Below are positions 1 through 9,596 of a DNA stretch of 64,000 bases, in pieces. Below the pieces are notes generated by a model that did not search any database, was not told where the DNA came from, and saw only the letters and a list, made by a program, of their open reading frames with translations. Each line of letters starts with the position of its first letter. Position 1 is the stretch's first letter. The stretch is from Pseudobdellovibrionaceae bacterium (GTDB taxonomy: Bacteria; Bdellovibrionota; Bdellovibrionia; Bdellovibrionales; UBA1609): contig CP060220.1 of assembly GCA_023898385.1 (NCBI GenBank), positions 1,676,993 to 1,740,992 on the forward strand. Reading direction: 5' to 3'. The position numbers and the translations under genes were made by a program.

Positions 1-552
1 GCGGCCGAATATATCGAGCAACTTTCGGATTTACTTGCTGTGGTGCCCTCGCCTCAGTGGGATTCGCACAAACAAATTTACCTTCAAAGAAAACCTGTGA
101 AATTTCATTTCGTCAATTTGGCTGTGGCTCTGGCATTTTCTTCAAACCGAATGACATGTGTACACGACTTCAAACAGATTTCGTCAAATGACCAATCAAA
201 ATGGCTCGAGTGGCTAGTTGCACAAGAACTTTTTCGTCGACAATGCATTCGCGGCGTTGAAAGCCCAGAAGACATTGGATTTTGGGCTTCAAAAGAACAT
301 GAAATTGATTTTGTAGACGCCGAAGGCACATTTATCGAAGTGAAGCTTGGCAAAACAAGCCCATTGGATTTTGCTTGGTTTCCTAAAGTATTTCCTAAAA
401 AGAAACTCTTGGTAGTGAATCAACGTGAGTTTCAAACTGAGCAAATCAAAGGAATCACGGTAGAACAGTTTCTGCTATCCGACGGATTCCCCCACCCGTA
501 TCCCGGAATGGTCGAAGACATAGACATCTACAACAACTACACGCGATTCTAA
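1..552 (+). CDS. C-terminal part of a COG1373-type AAA+ ATPase (DUF4143 / PD-(D/E)xK-like domain); 5' end lies outside the window
   Basis: Frame 1 is open from nt 1 (AAEYIEQLSD...) into the listed 40..552 ORF. The motif EIDFVDAEGTFIEVKLGK parallels AEVDFVLPMDNKVVPVEIKSGK at the C-terminus of the full-length ATPase at 9597..10958. Confidence 0.6.
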   Translation, partial: AAEYIEQLSDLLAVVPSPQWDSHKQIYLQRKPVKFHFVNLAVALAFSSNRMTCVHDFKQISSNDQSKWLEWLVAQELFRRQCIRGVESPEDIGFWASKEHEIDFVDAEGTFIEVKLGKTSPLDFAWFPKVFPKKKLLVVNQREFQTEQIKGITVEQFLLSDGFPHPYPGMVEDIDIYNNYTRF

Positions 553-744
553 TAAAAACCCTCGCAGGTAAATTTATTTTTCGGCCATAAAACTCAAGCA
601 GTTCCCACGATTTTCGAACTTATTAAGGGAACCCATAGATGTTTTACATATATCAAGAGATCCCGTCTGCCTGTAGAACCCTGCCTGTACGCAAAAATCA
701 ACTTTTTAAAAACGAACGTTCTTCGACAAATCGGCTGCGCCGAT

Positions 745-767
745 GTTCGACTCCCGAAGGAGCTTAC
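745..767 (+). other. tRNA 3'-end-like fragment (T-loop to acceptor end), inverted relative to the intact tRNA-Glu
   Basis: GTTCGACTCCCG at 745-756 is the exact reverse complement of 831-842 (T-arm of tRNA-Glu). It continues AAGGAGCTTACA versus TAGGGAACGCCA in the real tRNA. No matching 5' T-stem or anticodon arm lies upstream. Confidence 0.35.
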
Positions 768-818
768 ATCTCTGAACGACTGTGAGTGGTAAAGTCATAG
801 AGTCATCTTCGGACGAAG

Positions 819-894
819 TGGCGTTCCCTACGGGAGTCGAACCCGTGTCTTATCCGTGAAAGGGATATGTCCTAGGCCTCTAGACGAAGGGAAC
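819..894 (-). tRNA. tRNA-Glu (anticodon UUC), CCA encoded
   Basis: The reverse complement reads GTTCCCTTCGTCTAGAGGCCTAGGACATATCC-CTTTCAC-GGATAAGACACGGGTTCGACTCCCGTAGGGAACGCCA. It has a 7-bp acceptor stem, an anticodon loop CUUUCAC and a T-arm ACGGG/CCCGT. Confidence 0.93.
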
Positions 895-903
895 TTAGGA
901 AAT

Positions 904-979
904 TGGTGACCCGCGATGGACTCGAACCATCGACCCTCTCCTTAAAAGGGAGATGCTCTACCAACTGAGCTAGCGGATC
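904..979 (-). tRNA. tRNA-Lys (anticodon UUU), CCA encoded
   Basis: The reverse complement reads GATCCGCTAGCTCAGTTGGTAGAGCATCTCC-CTTTTAA-GGAGAGGGTCGATGGTTCGAGTCCATCGCGGGTCACCA. The cloverleaf folds by hand. Confidence 0.93.
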
Positions 980-1060
980 AACCTGAGCCAGCCAATTTCG
1001 AAGATCTGGGCTTATCTGTCAACTCTCAATTGGAGAAATTTTAACAATCTCTGGCGTAAA

Positions 1061-2359
1061 TCAATTGAAAAGTGGCTTAATCCAGAGGGTTTGGTTGCGC
1101 CCTGGGCCAACTGAGATCACGTCTATGGGTATCCCCAATTCCTCAGAAATGAACTGGACATACTCATGGGCCTGCCGGGGGAGATCATGGGGCGAGTTGA
1201 TTTCATCCACTTGCTCAGACCACCCCTTTAATGTGTGATAAATGGGCTTTACACGACCCAAACTGCCTGGAGTGACCGGGTACTCGGTGATCGACTCGCC
1301 ATCAAGCTCATAGGCTGTACAAACTTTGATTTCATCTAGACCGCTTAATACATCAAGCTTCATCAGTGCAATATTCGTGATTCCGTTGATACGAATGGCA
1401 TACCTTAATGCCACCAAATCCAACCATCCGCAGCGACGCTCTCGACCTGTGGTGGCGCCATATTCTCGCCCCACATCGCGAAGCCGCACTCCCACCTCGT
1501 CAGTGAGCTCTGTGGGAAAAGGACCACTGCCCACGCGAGTGGTGTAAGCCTTAGTAATTCCAATGACCTTGTCCACCATTCGTGGACCAACGCCCGCTCC
1601 CACACAAGCTGATCCCGCAATTGTGGATGAGCTTGTTACGTATGGGTATGTGCCATGCAATAAATCAAGCAACGAGCCCTGAGCACCTTCAAATAGCACC
1701 TTTTTGCCGGCCTTTAAGGACTTATGCACAAGGAGCGAGGTGTCTTTACAGCGATAGGGTGCAAGCTCTTCGGCAAGTTTTTGCACAAACTCAATGACCT
1801 CATCCACATCAACGGGTTTTTCGTTGTACATCTTCTCAAGCAGAAAATTCTTTTCTTTTAAAGACTCTGAGATTTTTTTCTTAAGACCAACCACCTCACC
1901 AAAAAGATCACCAAAAAGAATAGCTTTCCTCGCCGCTCGATCCTCGTAGGCGGGACCAATGCCTTTGCGGGTGGTCCCTATTTTCTCAAGTCCTAATGAA
2001 TTTTCTCGGGCTTGGTCTAAAAGACGATGGTATGGCAGCAATACGGTGGCTCCATCTGATATGAGCAACTGACTGGGATCCTTTAATAATCCATTGGCCT
2101 TAAGAGCGCGAATTTCATCGGCCAGGTTTTCTACGTCCAAAACCACGCCACTACCAATCACACAGGTGGTTTTAGGGTGCAGAACACCCGAAGGCACTAA
2201 ATGTAAAACCGTCTTTTGACCGTCAACAATGAGAGTGTGGCCGGCATTGGCGCCCCCTTGATAGCGGACAACCATATCGGATTGGGCAGAGAAAACGTCA
2301 ACGACCTTTCCCTTTCCCTCATCACCCCACTGTGAACCTACAACAACTATTCCTGGCAT
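1061..2359 (-). CDS. purA: adenylosuccinate synthetase
   Basis: 432 aa. N-terminal VVGSQWGDEGKGKVVD P-loop, GIGPAYEDRAARK and TTRVGSGPFPTE are hallmark PurA motifs. Confidence 0.95.
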   Translation of the reverse strand: MPGIVVVGSQWGDEGKGKVVDVFSAQSDMVVRYQGGANAGHTLIVDGQKTVLHLVPSGVLHPKTTCVIGSGVVLDVENLADEIRALKANGLLKDPSQLLISDGATVLLPYHRLLDQARENSLGLEKIGTTRKGIGPAYEDRAARKAILFGDLFGEVVGLKKKISESLKEKNFLLEKMYNEKPVDVDEVIEFVQKLAEELAPYRCKDTSLLVHKSLKAGKKVLFEGAQGSLLDLLHGTYPYVTSSSTIAGSACVGAGVGPRMVDKVIGITKAYTTRVGSGPFPTELTDEVGVRLRDVGREYGATTGRERRCGWLDLVALRYAIRINGITNIALMKLDVLSGLDEIKVCTAYELDGESITEYPVTPGSLGRVKPIYHTLKGWSEQVDEINSPHDLPRQAHEYVQFISEELGIPIDVISVGPGRNQTLWIKPLFN

Positions 2360-2371
2360 AACCTATAACCC

Positions 2372-3337
2372 TTAGCACAGCGTTTCGTCCTCTGGCCAGC
2401 CCGACCTGCCCTGCTGAAAAAAATTGATGATTTTATCCACGGCCATATCCGATGCCCGCCATTGGGCCTCATGGGTGTACGCCCCAATGTGTGGAGTCAT
2501 GACCACTTGCGGAAAGTCACGCAGCCGAGATCCCGGTGCCAGCGGCTCCTTGACGAATACATCTAATCCCGCACCGGCAAGGCGTTGCTCGTCTAGTGCA
2601 TCAATCAAGTCATTCTCATTCACCACCCGGCCTCGGCTAGCGTTGATCAAAACGGCATCAGCGGCAAAATAAGCCAAGGTCTGCCGGTTAATCAATTCTC
2701 GGGTCTCGTCAGTCAATGGCACATGCAGACTCACCACTTGCGCCTGACGCAGTAGCTCCATAAGTCCGCAACTCTCCACGCCTAGCCGTTCAAAATGACT
2801 CTCTGAAACATAGGGATCGTAGGCCACCACGTGCATATAAAAAGCCTTCGCAAGCTCTGACACTCGCGACCCAATTCGCCCAAGCCCTACAATGCCCAAT
2901 GTCTTTCCCGCAAGTTCATGGCCCACAGAAACCGACGACCGCCATTGTTTCTTGTTTATGGCAACCGCTGCCATCTGCGCCTTTCGCAAAACAGAAAGTA
3001 TCAACCAGATGGTTAGTTCGGCCGCACTTTCGGGATTAGCCATGGGAACAAACCCCACCTGCACGCGATGCTCTTTACAATGTCCTAAATCGATATGATC
3101 AAACCCACTGGTGGCCGTGACCACAACCTTTAACTCTGGAAACTGTTTTAATATTTCTGCATCAACGACCGTACCTGAACGAATTAAAAGGGCCGCCACA
3201 TCTGGACGCTCTCCCACTAAACACGAAGGTTCACATTTTTCTATAATCATCTCTGGAAGCGAAATCTTCAGCCTCGTCAGTGATTCAGCCGTATAGGGGG
3301 CCGCGACCAAAATAGTTTTAACCGGAGGGCTTATCAC
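2372..3337 (-). CDS. D-isomer-specific 2-hydroxyacid dehydrogenase, probably a short-form D-3-phosphoglycerate dehydrogenase
   Basis: NAD-binding motif GIVGLGRIGSRV, plus LINASRGRVV and MTPHIGAYT. It directly follows an aminotransferase gene with no spacer, which resembles a serine-pathway pairing. Confidence 0.8.
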   Translation of the reverse strand: MISPPVKTILVAAPYTAESLTRLKISLPEMIIEKCEPSCLVGERPDVAALLIRSGTVVDAEILKQFPELKVVVTATSGFDHIDLGHCKEHRVQVGFVPMANPESAAELTIWLILSVLRKAQMAAVAINKKQWRSSVSVGHELAGKTLGIVGLGRIGSRVSELAKAFYMHVVAYDPYVSESHFERLGVESCGLMELLRQAQVVSLHVPLTDETRELINRQTLAYFAADAVLINASRGRVVNENDLIDALDEQRLAGAGLDVFVKEPLAPGSRLRDFPQVVMTPHIGAYTHEAQWRASDMAVDKIINFFQQGRSGWPEDETLC

Positions 3338-4510
3338 TTAGATCTCACCTTTGAGCAGCGCTGTTTGCGCACCCTTGACAGCTTCATTTAAGCCCTCAGC
3401 AGTTGGCGTGGCTAGTCCCAAATCTATTAAAGATAGACCCAGTGCCTCGATGGTTGCGACCACATCGTCATCACTAATATTGCCTAAATGTCCCACTCGA
3501 AGAATTTTTCCTGTCAGCATACCCTGCCCGCCCATTACGGTAATATTGTATTTCTCTTCGATGTGTTTTCTTAACTTCTTGCCATCGATCTCTTCTGGCA
3601 GTAGCACTGCCGTCACCGCTGGAGTGGGAGCCTTCGAATAAAGTGCAAGACCCAAAGCCTTCACGCCCGCTCTAAACACATCGGCCATCAACTGACTTCG
3701 TTTGATGGAGCGCTTTAGCCCCTCGTCAGAAAAGAAATCCAGTGCCACATCCAAGGCCCTAATATGACTCACCGCTGAGCTAAAGTGAGTCTGGCCGCTG
3801 GAGTTGGCCTCTTTTTCTGCCGCAAGATCAAAATAATATCGAGGGCAAGTGGAAGTCTTTTGAAACCGCCAGGCTTTTTCTGATAACGCCACAAATGCAA
3901 GTCCCGTGGGAAGCATAAACGCCTTTTGTGAACCCGCCACCACCACATCAATCCCCCATTCATCCATCGGTAAAGGTGTGGACCCGATGGCCGTAATAGC
4001 GTCCACCATAAACAGGGTGTTCTGGTGGGCTTTTACAATTTCTGCGATTTCTTGAATGGGATGCAACACCGCTGTGCTTGTTTCGCTCGCTTGGCAAAGC
4101 ACTGCACGAATCTGTGGACGCGCTTCTAGGGCACTGCGCACCTGAAATGGATCGACGGCCTCACCCCAAGGCACTTCAATAGTGTGGGTTTTCATGTGAT
4201 AAGCCATTGCAATGTCCCGCCAGCGCTCACCAAACTTCCCTGAAACCACACATAGCACCTCATCTCCCGGCGACAGTGTGTTAACAAGGGCCGACTCCAT
4301 TCCGCCAGAGCCCGTTGATACATGCATCATAACTGGCTGTTTTGTTAAAAAAGCTTCTTTTAATTTTTTCAGCACTCGCTCTAAGATTTGCGTGAATTCG
4401 GGAGTTCGATGATGAATCATAGGCTGCCCCATTTGTTCAAGGGCCAGTTGAGGTAATGGAACCGGACCAGGGGTCATCAATCGATAACGCGAAAAATCAG
4501 AAATCGACAT
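3338..4510 (-). CDS. class V PLP-dependent aminotransferase (serine-pyruvate / phosphoserine aminotransferase type)
   Basis: 390 aa. LMTPGPVPLP N-terminus, VVAGSQKAFMLPTGLAF (PLP lysine region), and class V architecture. Confidence 0.8.
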   Translation of the reverse strand: MSISDFSRYRLMTPGPVPLPQLALEQMGQPMIHHRTPEFTQILERVLKKLKEAFLTKQPVMMHVSTGSGGMESALVNTLSPGDEVLCVVSGKFGERWRDIAMAYHMKTHTIEVPWGEAVDPFQVRSALEARPQIRAVLCQASETSTAVLHPIQEIAEIVKAHQNTLFMVDAITAIGSTPLPMDEWGIDVVVAGSQKAFMLPTGLAFVALSEKAWRFQKTSTCPRYYFDLAAEKEANSSGQTHFSSAVSHIRALDVALDFFSDEGLKRSIKRSQLMADVFRAGVKALGLALYSKAPTPAVTAVLLPEEIDGKKLRKHIEEKYNITVMGGQGMLTGKILRVGHLGNISDDDVVATIEALGLSLIDLGLATPTAEGLNEAVKGAQTALLKGEI

Positions 4511-4631
4511 GTCAAGCCTTTCTTTAGCTCACATATTTTGTTGGCAGCCACTGTCATAATCGCAAACGGATTAGCAAGCAACAACCGCTAAATACTTGCC
4601 ACTATTCTGGCTTTAACGGTAGGTTCAATGG

Positions 4632-5216
4632 GTGTTTAGGGTCATGCGGTATTTCATCATTTTAGCACTGAGTCTTTTTTGGGCGGCTTGCGCCTATAGG
4701 TTTGGCTACGGTGATCGAAGTCTGCCAGGTGGTCATCAAAAGGTGGCCATTCCTGTTTTTGAAAATCAAACCTCACTGGTCGGTGCCGAGACTTATTTCA
4801 CCAATGCCATTATTCGCGAGTTTGTTCGATCTAAAGTGGCCGAAGTGACCTCTAAAGACCAATCCCAGGCTGTCATTGAGGGTATTATAACAGAAATTGC
4901 GTATAAGCCTGTGGCACAAAAAAAAGGCGGCGACTCCGAAGACCGCGTGACCCAGCTGCCCAGCGATACTGTTTTGACTACAGAATACCGCATAGAGGTA
5001 TCAGCCACGGTCCGACTTCGTCAAAAAAGCGACAATCAAATTATTTGGCAAGGTGGTTTTAAGAAGGAAAAAACATATTCTGCGCCGCAAATCGGCTTAG
5101 AAGTTGTGAACACGGCCAACCCTCTTTATAATCACAGTGCTCGACATGAGAATATTCGATTAATGGCAAAAGATATGATGGCCGAAGCTTACGGACGTAT
5201 GACGGAGAATTTTTAA
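4632..5216 (+). CDS. lptE: LptE-like LPS-assembly lipoprotein
   Basis: Lipobox LFWAAC at the N-terminus. About 190 aa. Its stop overlaps the holA start, matching the conserved lptE-holA arrangement. The start could be ATG 4644 instead of GTG 4632. Confidence 0.6.
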   Translation: MFRVMRYFIILALSLFWAACAYRFGYGDRSLPGGHQKVAIPVFENQTSLVGAETYFTNAIIREFVRSKVAEVTSKDQSQAVIEGIITEIAYKPVAQKKGGDSEDRVTQLPSDTVLTTEYRIEVSATVRLRQKSDNQIIWQGGFKKEKTYSAPQIGLEVVNTANPLYNHSARHENIRLMAKDMMAEAYGRMTENF

Positions 5217-6214
5217 TGGCAACCTGGGACCTACGGCGACTGCAACAAGCCTTAGACAAGCGCTCGCCGGCTCCTGTGTACCTTATCTTCGGTGAAGAAA
5301 CCTACCTAGTGAACGAAGCCGTAAAATTGGTTCGCGACAAAGTGCTCAGTGAAGGAGCGGCTGACTTTAATTACGACCAATTTTTTGCAGACGAAACCGA
5401 CTTGAGCCAAGTGGCTGACACTATTGAAATGCTTCCAATGATGGCCGAACGGCGGCTCGTTGTTTTAAAAAATACTGAAAGCCTAAAAGATAAAGACTGG
5501 GATAGTTTATTTCATCTACTTGAAAATCCACTAGATACAGCTTGCCTGGTGATGGTGGCTGAAAAAGTGGATAAAAGAAAAAAGTTTTTCAAAAAAACTT
5601 CTGACAACGGCATTGTCGTGGAGCTCAGGCGCCCCTTTGAAAATCAACTGCCGGCTTGGATTGACTATATCGGACACAATCATGATTTAAAGTTCTCACC
5701 CGATGCGCGCACAATGATCTTGCAACTTGTGGGACAAAATCTAAGCGAAATCAACAACGAGACCATGAAGCTTAAGCAATACCTTGGCGACAAAACCGAA
5801 GCCACAATTGATGATGTGCTAAAGGTGGTCTCGCACGCAAGGGTTGATAGTATTTTTGACCTCACTAATGCCATTGGACGCAGAGACCGCAGTGGTGCCC
5901 TTGTCTATTTAGCGCACCTTCTCGAAAATGGACAAAGTGAAGTGGGTGCGCTTTCACTGATTTTACGACACGTTCGAATTTTGGCCGCCCTTCGAGAGGG
6001 ACAGAGCATTGGCCTGACTGGTGCTAAACTGAGTGCTAAAGTGGGGATTCCCAATTTCTTTTTAAAACAATATCAGGAACAGGCCAAAAAGTGGGATGAT
6101 CGCAAGATTACAAAAACTTTAAATGCCCTCCACAAAACAGATCTAGCCTTGAAGTCGTCGCCCGTCTCCTCGCACATATGGCTTGAAAACTTTATTGTTC
6201 AAACTTGCCAATAA
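5216..6214 (+). CDS. holA: DNA polymerase III subunit delta
   Basis: 332 aa. PVYLIFGEETYLVNEA N-terminus and the length are typical of HolA. The start overlaps the preceding gene's stop. Confidence 0.85.
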   Translation: MATWDLRRLQQALDKRSPAPVYLIFGEETYLVNEAVKLVRDKVLSEGAADFNYDQFFADETDLSQVADTIEMLPMMAERRLVVLKNTESLKDKDWDSLFHLLENPLDTACLVMVAEKVDKRKKFFKKTSDNGIVVELRRPFENQLPAWIDYIGHNHDLKFSPDARTMILQLVGQNLSEINNETMKLKQYLGDKTEATIDDVLKVVSHARVDSIFDLTNAIGRRDRSGALVYLAHLLENGQSEVGALSLILRHVRILAALREGQSIGLTGAKLSAKVGIPNFFLKQYQEQAKKWDDRKITKTLNALHKTDLALKSSPVSSHIWLENFIVQTCQ

Positions 6215-6377
6215 AAATGGGGTGAGCGAACCTCTTCGGCAAGACGGATGTGCTCATTGTGAGACACTTTGTCTCAAAGCGAGACAACCCATTAAATTTT
6301 CTTGCCATTTCACTGACAAAATCAACCGAAGCCTAAACAAATATCCAACTAAGACCTTAAGAGTTTTTTTGTAGATT

Positions 6378-6384
6378 CCGATAC
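6378..6384 (+). promoter_or_regulatory. sigma-28 (FliA)-type -10-like element CCGATAC
   Basis: TAAG lies 16 nt upstream (3/4 match to TAAA). The PilZ ATG at 6391 is only 6 nt downstream, so the transcript would be leaderless or nearly so. Confidence 0.35.
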
Positions 6385-6390
6385 CAAGGT

Positions 6391-6747
6391 ATGGGCACAG
6401 ACCAACATTTTTTACGACGAAGGCGCACTCCCAGGCGAGCTATTCGACGCCGCGTGGGCCTTCTTATTAAAGGCAAATATCATATCAACACCGCTGTTGA
6501 AATCGGTGAAGGGGGTATGATGATTTTGTCAGATGTTCCACTGAAGGATGGAGATCGCCTTGTGGTGACCTTTAATATTCCGGGTGTGATACACGTGGTT
6601 ATGGGTGCCACGGTTCGATACCGTATTGAACCCGATAGCGAATTTAGCCAAATTCGCTACGGCCTACACTTTGATCATATTGATTTTAAAACCCGCCGGA
6701 AGATCCGAAACTATGTGGCCTCCCGCGGGATTCATGACGTGGCCTAA
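6391..6747 (+). CDS. single-domain PilZ protein (c-di-GMP receptor type)
   Basis: RRRRTPRRAIRRR arginine motif followed by EIGEGGMMILSD (D/NxSxxG-like). 118 aa. Confidence 0.75.
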   Translation: MGTDQHFLRRRRTPRRAIRRRVGLLIKGKYHINTAVEIGEGGMMILSDVPLKDGDRLVVTFNIPGVIHVVMGATVRYRIEPDSEFSQIRYGLHFDHIDFKTRRKIRNYVASRGIHDVA

Positions 6748-6755
6748 AAGGCCAA

Positions 6756-7022
6756 CTATTTTGAAAGCGCGCTGATTTGTTGGGCTAATCGACCGATCCG
6801 ACGAGCGGCTTTTTTACTATGCACCACACCTTTTTGAGCGGCCTTGCTAACAACGCTAGTGAATTCTCTGAGCAACGACTGTGCCTCATCCACTTTTTTG
6901 GCCTCAATAGCCTTTAAGACCTTTTTTTCAGTGGTACGCACGCTGCTTTTTGTGCGTGAATTTCTCAACTGCCGACGCTCGGTTTGTCGGGCTCTTTTTG
7001 CCGCAGACTTATGGTTTGCCAA
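6756..7022 (-). CDS. rpsT: 30S ribosomal protein S20
   Basis: (L)ANHKSAAKRARQTERRQLRN is the canonical S20 N-terminus. I place the start at the TTG at 7022. The 38-codon upstream extension in the ORF track has no S20 similarity. Confidence 0.9.
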   Translation of the reverse strand: MANHKSAAKRARQTERRQLRNSRTKSSVRTTEKKVLKAIEAKKVDEAQSLLREFTSVVSKAAQKGVVHSKKAARRIGRLAQQISALSK

Positions 7023-7137
7023 CTGCAACCTCCAATGATTAACTAAATGTGTTACCGTAACCGGTGGTGCATAGCATACTGCATTTGCAGGTGCAAGGCC
7101 CAATCCCGCACAAATACTGGCTACAGGAGCCACCAAC

Positions 7138-8748
7138 TTGAAAAAACATCAGCCAAAACAATCAGTTATACGGTCTGCCGCGTTCATGTCTTTAGGCACC
7201 CTAAGCAGTCGCATCTTGGGGTTGGCCCGGGATATCGTGCTGGCCGCCTTTTTCTCACGCACTGTGACTGATGCTTTCGTTGTGGCCTTCCGCCTGCCCA
7301 ATATGTTTCGAAGGCTACTGGGCGAGGGATCGCTGGCGGTGAGTTTTATCCCAGTTTTTGTGGGGCAACTCAACGACGGCCGTGAAGATGGTGAGGCGCG
7401 GGCTCGCCGCTTGAGTGATGCGATTTTTACCTTACTGCTTTCAGCCACTTCGGCATTAAGTGTGGCCGGGTTCGTGTTTATGCAGCCCCTATTATCTTAT
7501 TTGGTGGGTGGCCAGGGCTATATGGCTATTCCTGGTAAATTCGAACAAACGGTGTTTCTAGCGAAAATCATGTTCGCCTATCTTTTCTTGGTCACAGCCT
7601 ATGCCTTTTTTATGGCTTTGATGAATTCACTAAAAAAGTTTTTCTTACCAGCACTGGCTCCCGCCGCATTTAATTTTGTATTGATTCTGTTTGCGCTCAT
7701 ACCGAGCGCTTGGGCTGAAGTGCCGGGCACCTTTTTGGCCTGGGGTGTGATTGCTGGCGGAGTGGCTCAGGTTCTTATCGTTGCCTGGCCGCTATGGCGG
7801 CAAGGCTATCTCCCAACACTTCGCATTGATTTCAAAGCTGAAGGCGTGAAGACCGTATTACAAAATATGGTCCCTGGGCTCATTGGCCTTGGGGTTTTAC
7901 AATTGATGAGTTTGATAAATATTCAGTTTGCCAGTCGTCTTGGCGAAGGGTCTCATTCTTATATTTATTGGGCCGATCGAATTATGGAACTACCTCAATC
8001 TCTCATAGCCGTGAGTCTTGGCGCGGCCCTTCTGCCCACGTTGAGCGAAGTCTGGAGTCAGAGCCGCCATGATGAGGCACGACAGATTACGCAAAGGCAC
8101 ATGCGACTTATCATGTTTTTATCTATCCCAAGTGCGGTGGGTATGTGGTCTCTGGCCCAGCCTATTGTGGAAGTGTTATTTATGCGCGGCCAGTTTTCCG
8201 TTGAAGATGCCGAGCTTACCGCTACCGTAGTGAAGATTTATGCTTTTCTTTTGGTAGCCACCAGTTTTCACAGAGTAATTGTCACTAGTTTTTATGCCAT
8301 TAAAAATACATGGCTTCCGGCGGTGGCTTCGGTGGTCGCCCTTGTAGCCCATGTGATTATTGCCAGCATGTGGGTTGATAAATATGGCCTTGCCGGACTT
8401 GTGGCCTCAACCACCGTTTCTGGTATTCTCAATGTGGGTATTGTGCTTGGTGCCTACCGGTACTTTATTGGGCCCGTGGGCATCTGGCCGCTCGTTAAGT
8501 CTATTTTGCACCTATCACCTGCAGCTATCACCATGGGTATTTCAGTGTTTTGGATTTATAATTTATTGTGGCAGATGATCACTCTACAAAACCTGCCCTC
8601 ATTGGGCCTTGGCCGAGCCGTAGCCCTTTTCACAGCCATTTCTGCCGGCGTTGTCATATATTTTGTTGTGAACAAAGTTATAAAACAACCGGACACGGCA
8701 GCAGTGATTTCTCTCATCAAGAAGCGACGCCAAGCAAGGAGGCCTTAG
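7138..8748 (+). CDS. murJ: lipid II flippase MurJ (MviN)
   Basis: 536 aa polytopic protein. SLGTLSSRILGLARDIVLAAFF and FRLPNMFRRLLGEGSL are MurJ signatures. It is divergent from rpsT. Confidence 0.92.
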   Translation: MKKHQPKQSVIRSAAFMSLGTLSSRILGLARDIVLAAFFSRTVTDAFVVAFRLPNMFRRLLGEGSLAVSFIPVFVGQLNDGREDGEARARRLSDAIFTLLLSATSALSVAGFVFMQPLLSYLVGGQGYMAIPGKFEQTVFLAKIMFAYLFLVTAYAFFMALMNSLKKFFLPALAPAAFNFVLILFALIPSAWAEVPGTFLAWGVIAGGVAQVLIVAWPLWRQGYLPTLRIDFKAEGVKTVLQNMVPGLIGLGVLQLMSLINIQFASRLGEGSHSYIYWADRIMELPQSLIAVSLGAALLPTLSEVWSQSRHDEARQITQRHMRLIMFLSIPSAVGMWSLAQPIVEVLFMRGQFSVEDAELTATVVKIYAFLLVATSFHRVIVTSFYAIKNTWLPAVASVVALVAHVIIASMWVDKYGLAGLVASTTVSGILNVGIVLGAYRYFIGPVGIWPLVKSILHLSPAAITMGISVFWIYNLLWQMITLQNLPSLGLGRAVALFTAISAGVVIYFVVNKVIKQPDTAAVISLIKKRRQARRP

Positions 8749-9176
8749 TGAGTCACAAAAACCCAATCGTTTTGAAAATCATATGGATGTCTTTCTTTTT
8801 GACCCTGTTTATGTATGCCTATGTTGTTGAAATGCAGGTGGGGCCGATGCCGGCGTCATTTGAGATTGATTTGTCAAATCCCGTAGCCATGGCGTTAAGT
8901 GTTGTGTCCCTTGTTATTTTGATGATGAGTTTTGTGATGCCCGCGATACTTTCGCGCGCAGCGCAAACCCCGTCGAAAGAACAAACGCCTGTTCCTCCGT
9001 CGGAATCCGCGCCTAAAGGCAACTCTAATGTGCCCCTAATTATTCGTTGGGCTTTTCTTGAAAGCATTGCAATCAATGGAATGGTGGCGTCTTTTTCATC
9101 TCAACAAAATATGATTTTGCCGTTTTTGGCTGTGTCGGCGGTTGGGTTTCTTTTGAGTTTTCCAAAGGGTCAGTGA
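8748..9176 (+). CDS. small multi-pass membrane protein, function unknown
   Basis: A GTG overlaps the murJ stop (TAGTG). There are about four hydrophobic segments. The 8568 start in the ORF track would overlap murJ by 180 nt and is unlikely. Confidence 0.45.
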   Translation: MSHKNPIVLKIIWMSFFLTLFMYAYVVEMQVGPMPASFEIDLSNPVAMALSVVSLVILMMSFVMPAILSRAAQTPSKEQTPVPPSESAPKGNSNVPLIIRWAFLESIAINGMVASFSSQQNMILPFLAVSAVGFLLSFPKGQ

Positions 9177-9371
9177 AAATCTGCCTTTTTCGTGTTTCGT
9201 ACCGTCACTCCCGACACATCATTCTTTGAGGGTTTCGACCAAAGTAAACACACAACTAAATGGATTGTACCCACTCATTTTTGAGCGCCTGACCGATGCA
9301 CTCCAAGTCCCTGATTCAACTGAAGCCAATCATGTATTCAGCCTTCAATCTGTATGATCTTCTCGAATATT

Positions 9372-9402
9372 ATGCGGACGTACTTGTGGCGCCGTAGTTT
9401 TG
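9372..9402 (+). repeat. 31-bp direct repeat, copy 1 (ATGCGGACGTACTTGTGGCGCCGTAGTTTTG)
   Basis: Identical 31-mer at 11300-11330. The flanks outside the repeat are unrelated. Confidence 0.9.
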
Positions 9403-9596
9403 ATTAAATTTTGCTAGTGATTGTGAATACTCCCGCCTGTGAAGTGTAGACCCGCCACGGCAAGCCAAAGAGAAAAAGTATTTTGCCTCCCCGAAAAAAT
9501 AGATCGAAAAGTAGTGCTTCTTGTCCAATTTGGTTTTCGCAAATATTTCTATTCCACTTCAACATTTGGAAAATTTCTTTTTGATACAACGCCCGG

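Noticed and set aside
6261-6287. Three GAGACA/TGTCTC arms that form two mutually exclusive small hairpins after holA
   Set aside because: The stems are only 6-7 bp, there is no U-tract, and nothing else suggests function. This could easily be chance, so it is noted but not promoted to a finding.
7023-7136. N-terminal 38-codon extension of rpsT in the ORF track
   Set aside because: S20 homology starts at (L)ANHKSAAKRA. The extension would overlap the murJ promoter region and has no S20-like sequence. A TTG at 7022 gives a normal 88-aa S20.
8568-8747. Upstream 60 codons of the 8568..9176 ORF
   Set aside because: This part lies entirely out of frame inside murJ. A GTG overlapping the murJ stop gives a sensible membrane protein.
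9404-9589. 61-aa minus-strand ORF in the spacer downstream of the ATPase gene
   Set aside because: It has no ribosome-binding site and no motif. It lies in the AT-rich 3' flank and is probably non-coding.
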